NCBI GenBank assembly: GCA_041653135.1
Contig: JBAZGB010000004.1
Coordinates: 5,528 to 69,527, forward strand
Direction of reading: 5' to 3'
Length of the DNA: 64,000 nucleotides
Origin: Eubacteriales bacterium
GTDB lineage: Bacteria; Bacillota; Desulfotomaculia; Desulfotomaculales; Nap2-2B
Shown here: in pieces, positions 63,563 through 64,000 of the stretch
Position numbering within the stretch: the stretch's first letter is position 1
How the letters are laid out: each line of letters opens with the position of its first letter
The notes under the pieces: model-generated
What the model was told of the DNA's origin: nothing
Seen by the model: only the letters and a program-made list of their open reading frames with translations
Database searches by the model: none
Made by a program: the position numbers and the translations under genes

Positions 63563-64000
63563 TTACCCCCGGCCGGGTCTTCTTGGCAGCATGAACATCG
63601 AGAAAGTTTTAAAGTCACTGCGGTTTGGCATCAGAGTTTCAATTACATCATCTACCGTAATTATTCCCATGAGTATATTTTGATCATCTACTACCGGAAC
63701 CGCCAAAAGGTTGTATTTGCTCACAACTTCGAGGACTTTTCTGTTGTCGTCGTGGTGGTTGACTGATATTGCCCTGGTGTTCATCAGATCGCCGATTATG
63801 GCGTTCGGCTGCGAGATAATCAGGTCTCTTAAAGAGAGTACTCCCAGCAGGGATTCATCTTCTTTACCAATAACGTACAGATAATAGATTATTTCAGCAG
63901 ACGGCGCCAGTTCCCGCAAACGGTTGATTGTTTCTTCAACGGTCATTCCAATCGGAAAAGCGATATATTCTGTAGTCATCAGGGCGCCTGCCGTATCTTC
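63563..64000 (-). CDS. Stand-alone MgtE-type cytosolic domain protein (CBS pair; 5' end outside window)
   Basis: The frame is open to the window edge (EDTAGALMTTEYIAFP is the MgtE-type start of the CBS region). It contains two CBS-like units. It ends with no membrane domain, 4 nt before the NRAMP-like gene. Confidence 0.7.
   Translation of the reverse strand, partial: EDTAGALMTTEYIAFPIGMTVEETINRLRELAPSAEIIYYLYVIGKEDESLLGVLSLRDLIISQPNAIIGDLMNTRAISVNHHDDNRKVLEVVSKYNLLAVPVVDDQNILMGIITVDDVIETLMPNRSDFKTFSMFMLPRRPGRG

Overview
This 64 kb window looks like a Gram-positive, spore-forming anaerobe, probably a Peptococcaceae or Desulfotomaculum-like Firmicute. The evidence is SLH surface proteins, an alpha/beta SASP, a FapR/FabK-type fab cluster, rubredoxin and LexA. 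All calls rest on motif recognition in the supplied translations and on reading the DNA. No database search was possible.

Layout:
- 1-18.9 kb: a plus-strand cell-envelope region. It holds SLH-anchored proteins, a secreted metallophosphoesterase and a 1,446-aa cadherin-like/RCC1-repeat protein. It also holds an apparent ten-gene operon in which a dedicated ECF transporter (S, A, A', T) sits among extracytoplasmic proteins that share one sulfite-oxidase/YedY-like module, plus a TrmO-FmdE fusion. This operon is my best candidate for an undescribed system.
- 18.9-24.9 kb: a visibly AT-rich accessory patch. It holds a large membrane protein, a transposase remnant, an SLH/Fn3 protein and a hicAB cassette with frameshifted hicA. 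The cassette is bracketed by a partial duplication of the tRNA-Trp 3' end.
- 25-37.9 kb: housekeeping genes, namely UPF0182, pfkA, a GT4 glycosyltransferase, Pho-box-driven pstCA without pstS/pstB, a methylmalonyl-CoA carboxyltransferase cluster with a gutted 5S gene, lexA and ynbB.
- 37.9-45.2 kb: a SAM by-product salvage cluster with two MTAP paralogs, apt, ahcY, mtnA, a Zn-ADH, a class I aldolase and a shortened class II aldolase.
- 45.2-54.6 kb: ftsY, rnc, fabF, acpP, fabG, fabD, fabK, fabH, plsX, fapR, rpmF and yceD.
- 54.8-64 kb: SASP, tRNA-Pro, beta-oxidation-type genes, rubredoxin, and an NRAMP-related transporter with Mg-type (NRMT-like) site residues next to a stand-alone MgtE-type cytosolic domain.

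No CRISPR array or rRNA was seen. Several genes carry deletion or frameshift scars.
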